Shown: piece by piece, positions 26,611-38,507 of the stretch
How the letters are laid out: every line of letters begins with the position of its first letter
Position numbering within the stretch: the stretch's first letter is position 1
Source of the DNA: Octopus vulgaris
Lineage: Eukaryota
NCBI GenBank assembly: GCA_951406725.2
Contig: OX597814.1
Location: forward strand, 192,386,001-192,450,000
Reading direction: 5' to 3'
DNA: 64,000 nucleotides
Position numbers and translations under genes: made by a program
Notes under the pieces: generated by a model
Seen by the model: the letters and a program-made list of their open reading frames with translations, nothing else
Told to the model about the DNA's origin: nothing
The model's database searches: none

Positions 26611-26886
26611 CGCCAGCAGTATGGAGCGGTTATGGAAGTTCAGGTCATAAAGGTGGCGGAGGTGGTGGCGGCAGCGGTGGCGGCGGCGGTGGCGGTGGCG
26701 GCGGTGGTAGTTGGTCAGGTGGTGGAGGAGGAGGAAACAATCTCAAGTGTTACGACTGCCACAGTGGTTCCGCAAGTTATACTTACAAAGATTGTCCGGT
26801 CAATGGAAATTTGAACGGCCAGAACTTAGCAACTATCAACTGTGATGGTTTGTGTTTCTCAAGAACAAGCAAATGGGAGAAAGGTG
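26611..26886 (+). CDS. Secreted Ly6/uPAR-domain Gly-rich protein, exon 2 (Gly tract and first half of the three-finger domain)
   Basis: Acceptor ctttcag|cg, donor G|gtaagt, 276 nt, phase 1-1; encodes APAVWSGYGSSGHK(G/S)n...LKCYDCHSGSASYTYKDCPVNGNLNGQNLATINCDGLCFSRTSKWEKG. Confidence 0.9.
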
Positions 26887-26959
26887 GTAAGTACATTTGA
26901 GTTGAATATTTTGGCATTATCTCCCCTGGGAAAATGTGCATATACACACATTCACATGA

Positions 26960-26994
26960 TCTCTCGCTCTCTCTCCTCTCTCCGTCTCTGTCTT

Positions 26995-27043
<49 letters not shown>

Positions 27044-27345
27044 TTCTTTCTCTCTCTCCCCTCCCTCCCTCTCTCTCTTTCCCTTTCTCTCTCCCTTCTT
27101 CTCTCTCTCTTTCCCTCCTTCTCCCTTTCTCTCTCTCCCCCTCTCTCTTTCTCTCTCTCTCCCCTCTCTCTTTCTCTATCTCCTCCCTCTCCCCGTCTCT
27201 CCCTTTCTCTCTCTCTCCCCTTTCTTCCTCTCTTACTCACGCACATGCACAAACGCGCGCACACACACATTCTCTCTCACTCGGTATCACTCTCCCCCTC
27301 TCTCTCTCACACACACATTTTTTCTCACTCTCTGTCTTTCTCTTT
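26960..27345. repeat. (CT)n pyrimidine-rich low-complexity tract
   Basis: Directly visible. Confidence 0.9.
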
Positions 27346-27470
27346 AAAATTCAGTCTTAACTTTATCTAGAAGAGGTTGTCTCCTCTACGATAGCTGACC
27401 ACCAGGAGCATACCACACGTAAATATCACTGTACTTCTCCCGTAAAATTAAATACTGTGTGTGCCTCTTT

Positions 27471-27698
27471 ATTTACTCTTTTACTTGTTTCAGTCATTTG
27501 ACTGTGGCCATGCTGGGGCACCGCCCTTAGTCGAGCAAATCGACCCCAGGACTTATTCTTTGTAAGCCCAGTACTTATTCTATCGGTCGATTTTGCCGAA
27601 CCGCTAAGTTACGGGGGACGTAAACACATCGGCATCGGTTGTCAAGCGATGTTGGGGGGACAAACACACACAAACATATACATACATACATACATACA

Positions 27699-27769
<71 letters not shown>

Positions 27770-27925
27770 GACGGGCTTCTTTCAGTTTCCGTCTACCAAA
27801 TCCACTCACAAGGCTTTGGTCGACCCGAGGCTATAGTAGAGGACACTTGGCCAAGGTGCCACGCAGTGGGACTGAACCCGGAACAATGCAGTTCGTAAGC
27901 AAGCTACTTACCACACAGCCACTCC
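27471..27925 (-). mobile_element. SINE family A
   Basis: Family A copy with an expanded (CATA)/(TA) centre. Confidence 0.85.
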
Positions 27926-29374
27926 TATTTATTCATTCATTTTTTCCTTCATCCTTGGTTACTAGAACTTCAATTTTTCTGGGGTTTTTTCTTGTATGCA
28001 AGTGGTATAGTGATGGTAATGATGACGATGATGATGGTGATGATGACGATGATGATGGTGATGATGACGATGATGATAATGCATTCTACAACAGATTTTC
28101 ACATTGTAACTTCAAGATTCATACACAGTATCCATTCTCTTATCTTCAAGGGTTGGTTGTGGTTGCTTAGCTCCAAGTTACCCTTTATTTGGCGGATCTA
28201 TGATCAAAAGCTTTCTTCGACAACTATCCTATTTTCTTTAGACCATAGCATCAAACATGTCTATTTTTTCTTTTTTTTTTCTTTAAGACAGTCGATTGTA
28301 ATTTGAGGGAGATATGGTTTCCATTTCTAGTATGTCTAGCGCCCAGATAGAAGCCTCCTTATTACTTGTCTGACTGAGCGGCTTTTATGAAGATGGTATT
28401 ATTCATAGTTTTTTTCAAAAACGTTTAATTCATACACCTCGAGTTATATCATGCTGACGATTACTAAAAAGAATGAAATAGTACTCTGATTACTAATGAC
28501 TAGAAATTTTTAGAACTTTGTAATAAGTAAACAAGAAAAGTAAATATGCATCTTTTTCGTTGTTATTCCTTAATTTCAAATTCAAAATCTTAATCTTGTC
28601 AAATGTTATGAAGAAATGATTATCTCCCTTATTCTAACTGTCCGCTCGAGAACTCCGCGTATTTAATCCAATACGTTTCGTTATTGAAACTCAAATGATT
28701 ATTATAGAGACAATTGTTGTTGTTCAATCCAAGGTCAGCGCTGATCGAGCAAACCCACGATCAAAGTCATTATAGCAATGACAATTCTATGCGTTTTCTT
28801 TTTAAGTCGTAGTATATTTAGGATCATTCTTTTAACGTATCCTTTTGTTTTAAGTGGATACAGTGTATTTTGAAAGAAATTTGGCTACTATTTCTCGAAT
28901 GACGAGCGACCGCATAAAGACTCGCTCATTAGCTCATTAAAAAAATTGACTGAGCTGACCTAAGATCTATAGGCATTTCATCCGTGACCATTCCGTCTTT
29001 TTAAGGTTACTTATGCCTAAATTAACCAATGTATCCTTTCAATTTTTAGAGACAACAGGGTGTGATTTGAAGGAGACATAACTGCTTATTATTGGCAGAG
29101 TGACTATTTAGAGGCTCTTCGTGATCCTGTCCGTGTTACGATAATAGCGTTTTTCATTGATCAGTTTTCAATCGAAATCCATAGATTTTTACTTCATTGC
29201 TTTTTTTTTCGTTTTTGTTCTTTCCTTCTTTGTCTAAGTCAGTTATAATCCCCTTCATATCTGGATGCTATATGGGAATGCAATAAGAATACTTCTGATT
29301 TAGTTATCACTGGTGGCGATTTTATAGAGTTGGAAGATGGATGCAAGAACAAGTAGTTTGCGTGAATATATAAA

Positions 29375-29943
29375 TATTGGGTTGTCTGGAAAGGTCGTGC
29401 CGATTTATAAAGGAAAGAAAAAGGTCAATAATACTTGCCATTACATTTTTAATCAACCAAATATGAACCATTTTGTTGCACAATGTGTCTCCATCTTTCC
29501 TTTAACTTGAAAATACCCTCTTCCCAGAATTGAGGTGGTTTCATAGCAAACAATTCATCAAGGTATCTTTTTACGTCATCCAAGGAATTGAAATTTTTAC
29601 CATTAAGACTATTCTGCAGAGACCTGAATAAGTGGAAATCTGAAGGAGTAATATCTGGTGAATATGGATGGTGGGGTAACACATCCCAACCGTGCTGCAG
29701 CAATTTTTGTCTGGTTCCCAAAGCATCAAGTGCCGAAAATGAACTTTCTTATCTTCCATTTTAAAGGGTTACAGAATTAACACAGGTTATAGGCACATAA
29801 ATCTTCTTCCACGAAAAGATAGCTTAAACTGTGCTCTAAATGGAGGTGTAGTCAAATCCTATTTTATGGACTCGACCATGTTCTAAAATAAGTCGAAATG
29901 TAAGCTGCTATAAATCGGCACGAACTTTCTGGACAACCCAATA
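29375..29943 (-). mobile_element. Internally deleted mariner element, in intron 2
   Basis: TA-flanked TIRs ttgggttgtctggaaaggtcgtgccgatttat / ataaatcggcacgaactttctggacaacccaa. Transposase N-terminus MEDKKVHFRHLMLW is fused out of frame to the C-terminus WDVLPHHPYSPDITPSDFHLFRSLQNSL (mariner YSPDL motif). Confidence 0.92.
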
Positions 29944-30662
29944 CAAATATGGTTATTTATCGTTAAACAAAACAATGTGACGTCGTTACGACCAATGACT
30001 AGATAGAAATGTTTGCAGCAGATAAATAGTTCAACTGTTTGTGAGGATGTTGCTGTCTAGAGAATCACAGTAGTTGTGAGAGTCATTTGTATAAGGTTAA
30101 GACGTGTGCCACCACTGGCAGCTAGCGGACAGCGAATTCTATTTATAGATAATGTTTCTGTCAAGGGAAAAAGGTGCCGAAAACAAAATTTTAATGACAT
30201 CCCCCTTCTAGTCGAGATCCAAATGATCGGTTCTTTGCTGGCGTCATCAATAATTGAGCGAATCACGATCATTGCGATACAGTGATTTTGTACCAGAGAT
30301 TTGATCGGACAGATGTTTGCTGATGTCATCAAGCTCTAACAAAGTCCTGACCGTTCTAATACAGCGATCTGGATTCAATTTGTTGGTAGTGAATTAGTGT
30401 TTAGGACACTACTACAGGAATATTAAATCGCTCCCCAGAATTTTACTGCTACTTTTTTTTAGCGTTCCGTTCAGGATAAATGAGAGACAAAGATGACATC
30501 AGTCGGTTTTGAACTCAGAACATAAAAAACCGTAAATAAACACCGCAGGTATTTTTTCCCAAGTTCTTACCATTCTGACTATCTACCGACTGATATTTTA
30601 AAAATCTTTTCTCTCCACAATTTCTTTTATTTTATCATCCAGTTCATTCATTTTCTTTTCAG

Positions 30663-31363
30663 TTATCTACAGGGGATGTTCATCAGCTTTCCCCAACTTA
30701 CCAAGTAACCTGAAACCTGGATGTATCGATTTTAAAGGTGAATCGTGGTGCATGTGTTCGAACGATCTTTGCAACACTGATGACATGGGCAGCTACATAC
30801 ATGGTGGCGGCGGCGGAGGTGGAAGTGGCGGAGGCTCATGGGGCGGTGGTGGCGGTAAAGGTGGTAATGGTGGAGGAGGAAAAGGTGGAAATAATGGAGG
30901 TGGATCGTGGGGTGGTGATGGTGATGGATCGTGGGGAGGTGGTGGATCGTGGGGTGGTGGTAGTGGTGGATCATGGGGTGGTAACGGAGGTGGTGGCAGT
31001 GGGTCAAAGGGTAGTCACGGAGGCGGTGGAAGTGGATCGTGGGGCGGAAACGGAGGTGGAGGAAGTGGGTCAAAGGGTGGTCATGGAGGCGGTGGAAGTG
31101 GATCGTGGGGTGGTGGCAGTGGGTCAAAGGGTAGTCATGGGGGCGGTGGAAGTGGATCTTGGGGTGGTAACGGAGGTGGTGATAGCGGATCATGGGGTGG
31201 CGGAAGAAAAGGTGGAAATGGAGGAGGTGGCTCGTGGGGAGGTAGCGGTTCATGGGGTGGTGGAGGCAGCGGAAGCGGTGGAAGTAGTGGAGGCGGTGGA
31301 AGTAGTGGAGGCGGCGGAAGTAGTGGAGGCGGCGGAAGCATTGGTGGAAGTTACGGACGTTAA
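30663..31363 (+). CDS. Secreted Ly6/uPAR-domain Gly-rich protein, exon 3 (end of the three-finger domain and GSWG repeat tail)
   Basis: Acceptor ttttcttttcag|tt, phase 1; VIYRGCSSAFPNLPSNLKPGCIDFKGESWCMCSNDLCN completes a 10-Cys LU domain with the CxxxxCN signature; then about 190 aa Gly/Ser-rich ending SYGR* (TAA 31361-31363). Spliced CDS is 1026 nt. Confidence 0.9.
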
Positions 31364-31475
31364 CGAAGATGACGTAAGCCATAACACGCCTTCAATCTCA
31401 AAGACTTCAGGAACTGTCTTCAGCTTTCTTCAATATTTTCTGCCTGAGAAACTCTTCTCTGGTCTTTCATCTGTT

Positions 31476-31481
31476 AATAAA
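31476..31481 (+). terminator. Polyadenylation signal of the Ly6/Gly-rich gene
   Basis: AATAAA about 110 nt after the stop codon, followed by a T-rich downstream element. Confidence 0.6.
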
Positions 31482-31545
31482 ATTTCAAACTGACTCCTGG
31501 TATCCTGTTTATCTTTACTCTTCTTATTCTTTTTGTTATATATCA

Positions 31546-31578
<33 letters not shown>

Positions 31579-31579
<1 letters not shown>

Positions 31580-31791
31580 GCGGGGGTTGCTGAAAAGTTC
31601 CTGGGTTTGGGTAAAAGAAAGTACAGGAGGATCAGCCAATTATGAATTTATTCAACATGTTCCCCCCGTCAGATTCACACACTTGTTGCAGCAGTCTTTC
31701 TAAATCCTGTGAAAGAACTCGGAAGGTTGGGCCACCGACTAGGCCTTTTGCGATATTCTTAAAGCCAGGAACTTTTCAATATTCCCTCGTA
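31579..31791. mobile_element. Mariner-type MITE
   Basis: Imperfect TIRs cgcgggggttgctgaaaagttcctgg / ccaggaacttttcaatattccctcg-ta. Confidence 0.65.
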
Positions 31792-31807
31792 TCTATATAT
31801 ATATCTA

Positions 31808-31873
<66 letters not shown>

Positions 31874-31878
31874 TACAT

Positions 31879-31915
<37 letters not shown>

Positions 31916-31925
31916 CATACATACA

Positions 31926-31978
<53 letters not shown>

Positions 31979-32017
<39 letters not shown>

Positions 32018-34450
32018 CATTGTGTACAGTGCTCAGGTGCACTACAACTCATCGAAAGTGTATATATAATCAGGTGTAGTTTCGACGGATTTCGGAAAGC
32101 ATGAGGGCCTTAAAGGATGCAGTGTCATGGCAGTCAACAACTGACGCAGGCAGTTTATTCCATGCTTCAGCAACTCTGAGTGTGAAGAAATGTTTCCGAA
32201 AGTCATGGGAGCTGTGTTGTTTTCTGACTTTGTAGGCATGTCCACGTGTGTTAGACACATGGAGATCAAAAAGGTGTTCAGTGTTGTTATTGGTGAGGTG
32301 GTTGACAACTTTGTGGGTGTTTACCAAGTCCGTCGCCAGACGCCGGAGCTTCAGTGAATCCATGCCCAGGGAAACAAGGCGCTCAGAATATGGTAGGTGT
32401 CTGATGGAGGGTATGCGTTTGGTTGCACGTCTCTGAACAGATTCCAGGAGGTCAATGTTCTGAGCAAGATAGGGGTTCCAAACTGATGATGCGAATTCCA
32501 AGTGTGGTCGTACCATAGCTGTATACAGTTTTAAATAGATGGCTGGAGAGCGGCTAACAAAAGTCTTGCTGAGTGATGCCAAGACACCCTCGGCCTTCTT
32601 GACAATTTTAGAGATATGCTTTGTCCAACGCAAATCACTGCTGACAGTGATGCCTAGGTCACGCTCGCAAAAGGATTTCCTGATATCAGTGTTGTGGAGG
32701 GAGTATGTGGACGCAGGGTTTTTTCTCCCAAAATGCATGGTGGTACACTTGTCCACAGCCAGTTTCAGTTGCCAGTCTGTGATCCATTGCTGCATTGTGT
32801 CCAGGTCTGATTGCAGGAAAGAGCTGTAGACAACAGGATCTGTCCTCTTGATTTCAAGGTACAGCTTGATGTCGTCTGCATATTTTAATACTGTGGCATT
32901 CTTTAAATTTGCATCTATGTCATTAATGTATGCCACAAACAAGAGGGGACCAAGGACAGATCCCTGTGGTACACCCGATGACATCTCATATGGTGTAGAA
33001 TGCTGTCCTAGAACTGTGACTACCTCCTTTCGGTTGAGAATGAAGGATTTCAACCAGTTAAAAAGGTCATCCCTCACACCCATTGCAGAGAGTTTCACCA
33101 TAAGCCTTTTGTGTGGCACAGAGTTGAAAGCCTTAGCAAAGTCAAGGTAGACAACATCCACCCATGAGCCACTGTCAGTGATCTGAGTAATGTCCTCAAG
33201 GAACTCGACAAGCTGATCACTGCAGCTGGAGTTAGGGACAAATCCATATTGTGAGGGTCGGATGAGACTGTGTGAGCTCCAGAAGTTCCAAAGTGTTTCT
33301 CTGACACACGATTCCATCAGTTTTGCAATACAGCTAGTGAGACTGACTGGGCGATAATTGACAGGTGATGTGCGGTCGCCCTTCTTGAACAGAGGAATGA
33401 CACTGGCAGTTTTCCACTGTTCCGGAGTAGCACCATTGTTGAGACAGTACTGGAAGAAAGTAGAGAGTTGGTGTAAAAGGAAGTACCTGCCACGTTTGAG
33501 AAGCAGGTATGTAACTCCATCAAGACCAGGGGAGGCATAGTTGCGCTTATTTTGAAGGTGACGTCGCAGCATTGCAGGTGTAAATTCCATAGTTGTTATG
33601 GAATTTGCTGTTAGAGATGGTGAAGATGGTACATTTTGACTTTCAACAGTGAATATGTTTGCATAGCACTCGGCAATGAGTTCTGCGCATTCCTTGGGGT
33701 CGTCAGTGATCTGGTTTGTGTGAGGGTTGCGAAGAGGGCCCACTGGAGAGTGAGGTCTCTGCTTCGAATGCACATATTTCCAGAAAACCTTGCTGTCAGG
33801 ATTGGCTGCTATGCACTGTTCAAATTCAAGCACTGCTTTTTTTGTCACTTGCTTGAGATGGTTGGAAGATTTATTCCGCTTCTTCCTGTTGGTTCTGATT
33901 TATGCAACTTGTATTCCTGTTCAGCAGTTCGACGTTCCTTCCTGGCAAGTCGGACCGCTGAAGTTTCCCAAATTGCACTTTTGGGGCGGTTCTTCTTTTT
34001 CTGTTTACATGGCACTGATGCTGCACATGCATATTGAGTCCAGGATACCCTGGAGTATAGTATTCACATCTCCAGAGTTGTAGAATTCACGCCAGTTTGG
34101 GTGCTGTAGTTCAGTGTGGTACAGGTTCCAATCTGCTCTCTTCCAATCGAAGGAAGCAGTTTGGAGATGGTTCAGGTTTTTGTTGCCCGCAAGAGCCAGA
34201 TTGGCGATGATCATAGCATGATCAGAGTCACCTAGAGGTTCCTCCGTAGTGCAATTGATAACCGCTTCAGGAGTCGTGGTGAAGAGCAGGTCCAAGGTGT
34301 TGTCGCCTCTTGGAGAGGTGACTACTTGTGACCAGTTTCAGTCCAGTACAAGCTCAACAAAATCGTTTGCACTCTGTGGCCAATGGAAGGTTTCCCAATT
34401 GATTTCAGGATGATTGAAATCGCCTGCAATGAAAACATAAGTGGCTGTTT
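31979..34450 (-). mobile_element. CR1-like LINE, 5'-truncated, with (ATT)n tail
   Basis: APE remnant (GDFN, LDLLFT, PLGDSDH) at 34005-34450, frameshifts near 33900-34030, then the open RT region and a 3'UTR ending in (TTA)n. Confidence 0.9.
32070..33848 (-). CDS. LINE reverse transcriptase ORF2 remnant (592 aa open frame)
   Basis: [60 protein letters not shown] and WNKLP motifs; no true start codon because the upstream part is frameshifted. Confidence 0.85.
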   Translation of the reverse strand: MTKKAVLEFEQCIAANPDSKVFWKYVHSKQRPHSPVGPLRNPHTNQITDDPKECAELIAECYANIFTVESQNVPSSPSLTANSITTMEFTPAMLRRHLQNKRNYASPGLDGVTYLLLKRGRYFLLHQLSTFFQYCLNNGATPEQWKTASVIPLFKKGDRTSPVNYRPVSLTSCIAKLMESCVRETLWNFWSSHSLIRPSQYGFVPNSSCSDQLVEFLEDITQITDSGSWVDVVYLDFAKAFNSVPHKRLMVKLSAMGVRDDLFNWLKSFILNRKEVVTVLGQHSTPYEMSSGVPQGSVLGPLLFVAYINDIDANLKNATVLKYADDIKLYLEIKRTDPVVYSSFLQSDLDTMQQWITDWQLKLAVDKCTTMHFGRKNPASTYSLHNTDIRKSFCERDLGITVSSDLRWTKHISKIVKKAEGVLASLSKTFVSRSPAIYLKLYTAMVRPHLEFASSVWNPYLAQNIDLLESVQRRATKRIPSIRHLPYSERLVSLGMDSLKLRRLATDLVNTHKVVNHLTNNNTEHLFDLHVSNTRGHAYKVRKQHSSHDFRKHFFTLRVAEAWNKLPASVVDCHDTASFKALMLSEIRRNYT

Positions 34451-34452
34451 TC

Positions 34453-35839
34453 CTAGCTGGTGTACCCGGTAATTCCCGGGGGTAAAGATGTTCTATTTAA
34501 ATGCCTCATTTAAACGCCTTATTACTCTGATATACAAATGCAATTTCGTTACAACTGCCACAAAAAGTGTATTTTCCGTCGCGAAAAAGTACAAGAAACT
34601 GTCAGCTGGAGGAGGGAGAGATTGTCGGAGGTTGGCGAGAGAGAATTTCGGAGGTTGACAAGAGAGACTGTCGGAGGTTGGCGAGAGAGATTGTTGGAGA
34701 TTGTCGAGAGAGCTTTTCAGAGGTTGTCAGAGATTGTTGGAGATTGTCGAGAGAGGTTGGCGGGAGAGGTTGTCGGAGATTGGTGAGAGAAGTTGTCGGA
34801 GGTTGGCAAGAGAGGTTGTCGGAGTGAGAGGAATCTTTGTTCCAATATTTCAGTCTTGCAGCGCTTCGTGATACACAACGTTTTTGGTTTTGCCGTTGGG
34901 TATATAGATGAATAAATTTTCCGGATTTCAAACGCTAGAGCATCCGACATAGAATCTGTCCGTGAGAAAAAGCAGGATTGGGACACACCTATTAAATACG
35001 TTCTAGAATCAAAATTTATCTACTGTCATCGAAAATGTTTAACTGGAAAAATGCAGAATTATCGGAGTTATTGGCATTCAAAGTGTAATTAAATTTAATT
35101 GAAAACCCTGCATGCATTGCCAGTATTTAGTTATTTGGAGATGTTGAAAAAATGTCTATTAATGCAATGTCTAAATTAATTATAGCAATATGTATATAAC
35201 TGTTTAGATATTGAAAAAGACGAAGAATAATTGTTTGATTTAGTAAATATCAAATATAATGAATCGGAGACTTACTTAAGATAGCTATTATCGCATTAGA
35301 GCAGCTTATGAAGTAGAAGTACCCACTCGTACTCTTACTCGTCGTGACATTTTAAATGTTAACTTTATCAAAGTTAATTTATTAAAGCTAATATATAAAT
35401 ATAGCATATATAAACGAAAAAAAATATATCTATGTATATAAATGTATGAATGAAGTCTTTAATATTTAAGATTCAAATCAAAAAAGTTTTGCAGTTCAAA
35501 ACTTTGAGTAGTGAAATGCAGAATTAGGTCCGCTGATCGTGAGAATCAAATATTGATCGCTTCGCTAAAAACTGACAATTGTAAGCAGGTGCTTTGGTTT
35601 ATTTCCCTTGGGTGTTTAACTAAAATATATTAGTTATATATAGTAGATATAAGGATCCCTTCCAGGGGCCCTATTATCAATTTTTTTCAACAATCTAAGT
35701 ATCTCACGGTGTTTCCAGACATGAGTTCTCCTCAAGTGTCAAGTTTCATCAAAATCGATAAAACGATGTAGGAGGAATTAGCTAACAGCTCCACAAAACA
35801 AACACACCCACAGACAGAATTTCCTACATATATAGTTGA
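34453..35839 (-). mobile_element. Non-autonomous Helitron abutting the LINE 5' end
   Basis: Minus strand begins a|TCaactatatatg and ends with hairpin cccgg-gaatta-ccggg followed by acaccagCTAG; carries an internal ~22-bp tandem repeat. Confidence 0.7.
34610..34828. repeat. Degenerate ~22-bp tandem repeat (gagagaggttgtcggaggttggc)
   Basis: About 9-10 imperfect units visible. Confidence 0.8.
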
Positions 35840-36039
35840 TACATATTAAAAACGGGGAAGGCCGGTTTGTGGGATTGCTTTAGGTTTCCCGTCCATAAAA
35901 GGTATAGCTTTATGGCGTATTGTCAGATCTCAATAACCTATTGATCCATGACCTCTCAAAAATATGGAGGGGGAAATGCCTCACTACTCAAAGGTAACAG
36001 TTGGGGATTATCTTCCTTTGCTACTGGCTATCGACTTCC

Positions 36040-36800
36040 GGTTGTGCCCTCGTCTTGTAGGCTCCCAAAAGCTAGCAGGAACCTCATAAAATGTAAACAT
36101 GGCCCGAAAATCTCCGTTCTGGAGTTAAGGATGTTCCCTGGTTCGAGTGAGTCTTTTAGGATTCTCGCGCGTTCAGCTATGCATAACTTGCAATGCTTCG
36201 TCCCGATGATGTAGGGGCCTGGGTTCTCGATGATTTTCATGAGATCGAGTATGAAATCCCATCGTCTCTTAGTTGCCAGACGTGGCTGGCCAGTGACGTT
36301 ACGTATCTCCTTTCAGAACTCTGAAGGAGGACCTGTAATTGGAGAGACATTGCTTGAAAGAGTTCCCGGAACATCCAATGTATTCATTGTGGGCGTGTGT
36401 TGTTGGTACTGTACCTGCTGATATTGTTGTTGTTGTTGTTGGAGCTGAGACTGCTGGTGTTGGTGTCGCTGGAAGTGGTGATAGGCCATCAGTAATGGTA
36501 TCGCCACTGCCGGTTATGGTGAAGGCGCTGTTATTATTGTGATCTTCGTCATTGGTGGGAGAGTTGCCATTGCTGCTAGAGGTGTCATTAGCTGTGGTTC
36601 CGCTGATGTCTCTGTTAAGTCCACTGTCGCTGCAGCTGCTGTTGCCATGGCTGCCATTATTGTCGTTATTTTTGGCGGTTGCACTGGACCTATTGCTGCT
36701 GCTACAAGGGTTGTCAGGTCTGCTGCTGTGGACGTTAGGGGAGCATATTTGTAAAGCAAATATATTAACCACAGAGCCATGCCTCTTGCTTATTAGTGGT
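36040..36800 (-). mobile_element. Penelope-like element remnant (GIY-YIG endonuclease C-terminus)
   Basis: NEYIGCSGNSFKQCLSNYRSSFR, then after a frameshift KIIENPGPYIIGTKHCKLCIAERARIL...ILNSRTEIFGPCLH, matching the PLE pattern YIG...FK.R..NH..SF / C.LC..EK..I / LN.R.E....C.H. Confidence 0.7.
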
Positions 36801-38507
36801 GCCTAATGTACTGAGATAAGTTTTAAATTAGCTCATTTTCATTACGATAAATTTAATAGCTTCAAATTTTGGCACAAGGCTAGCAATTTCTGGGGAGGGG
36901 ATAAGTCAATTACATCGACCCCAGTGCTCAACTGATACTTATTTTATCAACTCCGAAAGGATGAAAGGCAAAGTCGACCTAGGTGGAATTTGAACTCAGA
37001 ATGTAAAGACAGACAAATTTCTGTGCTAATGATACTGCCAGCTTGCCACCTTATTGCGATAAATTTCTTACCAACAAAAACTGAAAGTTCGATCGAAATA
37101 GAAACATTTATTCATTTTCAAGTTCAAGGTTATCAAATAACATTCTTATATTAACAAATATAAACTGACATAACCAGAAGATAAGAAAACTGGCAACATC
37201 CTTACAAAAATAATTCATCGTTTGACCTTTGAGAAATTGTCTTTGTGGAACAAACTGAGTCAAGGTTTGAAAGGAAATCTTTCACATCAAGATCGTCAAA
37301 TTAATGCTTTCAAGGTTATGCTATTTTAATCATTGCTGGTATACAATTAATTAATATCAGCTTCTTGTAGTATCATTTGAGTCGTAAGTAATTTTGATAA
37401 ATTGGTGGTGAGACTGGTGAGTTTAATCTAGCTGAATAGCTCTACTGTGAAGTTTCCTTCATAGCCAAGCAGAAACGAGAAAACACTCGTTTCTTGTTGA
37501 CGACTAACAAGGTTACAAAGTTAGATGATCCTTTGGAGATGGTTTATCAAAACTGAAACTATCTGTTCGGAAATTTATTCTTTTATTTGTTTCAGTCATT
37601 TGACTGCAGCTGTGCTGGAGCACTGCTTTTAGTCAAGCAAATCGACCTCCGGACTTATTCTTTGTAAGCCTAGTACTTATTCTATCGGTCTCTCTTGTCA
37701 AACCGCTAAGTGACGGGGACATAAACACACCAGCATCGGTTGTCAAGCAACGATAGGGTGAAAGTTGTATTGTTGTGCGATGACAATCCATAAATAGAGG
37801 GAAATAGATACTCTTCAACTAGGCACCAAGTGACCACATTTCTGCCAGTTTCTTTCCTTTTGTTCTTGATTTTTGCACTTAGAAATTTATGAGAACCAAC
37901 TGTTGCACTTAGTTAAGTTCTGTTGTTTAAGTTAACATTCTTGGGTTAAATAGGGTTCAGGCAGATAAGAGATGGAAAATCCTTTATCTAGTTTGACCTA
38001 ATTTAGTTAGAAAAAACATAACCACAGTACCAAAAATTGGTTCTATCACCTTGGTCACTGACAAAACACTACGCACTCCTGCTTCTTCCTCTCTACATAT
38101 GCAAGCTCACACAGTCTTGTGTTTGTCAGCAGTTTTATAGAGGACGTAAAACTCTGCCGTCTTTCATTTTTTTTCTTCATGTCATCTTCACCCTGAAGAA
38201 GAATTGTATCCAAAACATTGGATACTCCATTACTTGTGATAATTTCACTCAACTCTTTGCTGCTTTTAATAAAATAGTAACCAATTTTATGGAGCTGTTG
38301 TTACTTACAGCATTGACTAACCCTGATCACACAGACCATTGATCAAAAGCAATCCAGCTGTGACCAGTTCATCTTTTATTCATTTAGAACTACATTATTC
38401 AATGCATCCTTCTTTTCATTTCTTGTAGGCTGAGTGGTCATATTGACGCTTCCCTCTTGGCCTATTTAACACTATATTGTATACTCCAGAATGGAATATT
38501 GAGCTGT

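Noticed and set aside
26842-27360. Ser/Leu-rich and Arg/Glu-rich ORFs
   Set aside because: Translations of the intronic (CT)n tract.
30796-31363. WG repeats as an Argonaute hook, or as a Wamide neuropeptide precursor
   Set aside because: The protein has a signal peptide and a disulfide domain, so it is not cytosolic; the W-G motifs are not followed by basic cleavage sites.
30732-31493. Overlapping 251-aa Val/Glu-rich (+) and 216-aa His-rich (-) ORFs
   Set aside because: Shadow frames of the GGN-codon Gly repeat; only the Gly frame is in phase with the Cys domain and the splice sites.
37157-38270. Coding-looking stretches (EDKKTGNILTKIIHRLTFEK... on +; SEIITSNGVSNVLDTILL... on -)
   Set aside because: No recognisable homology or consistent exon chain; could be decayed transposon or pseudogene sequence. 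A BLASTX search would be needed.
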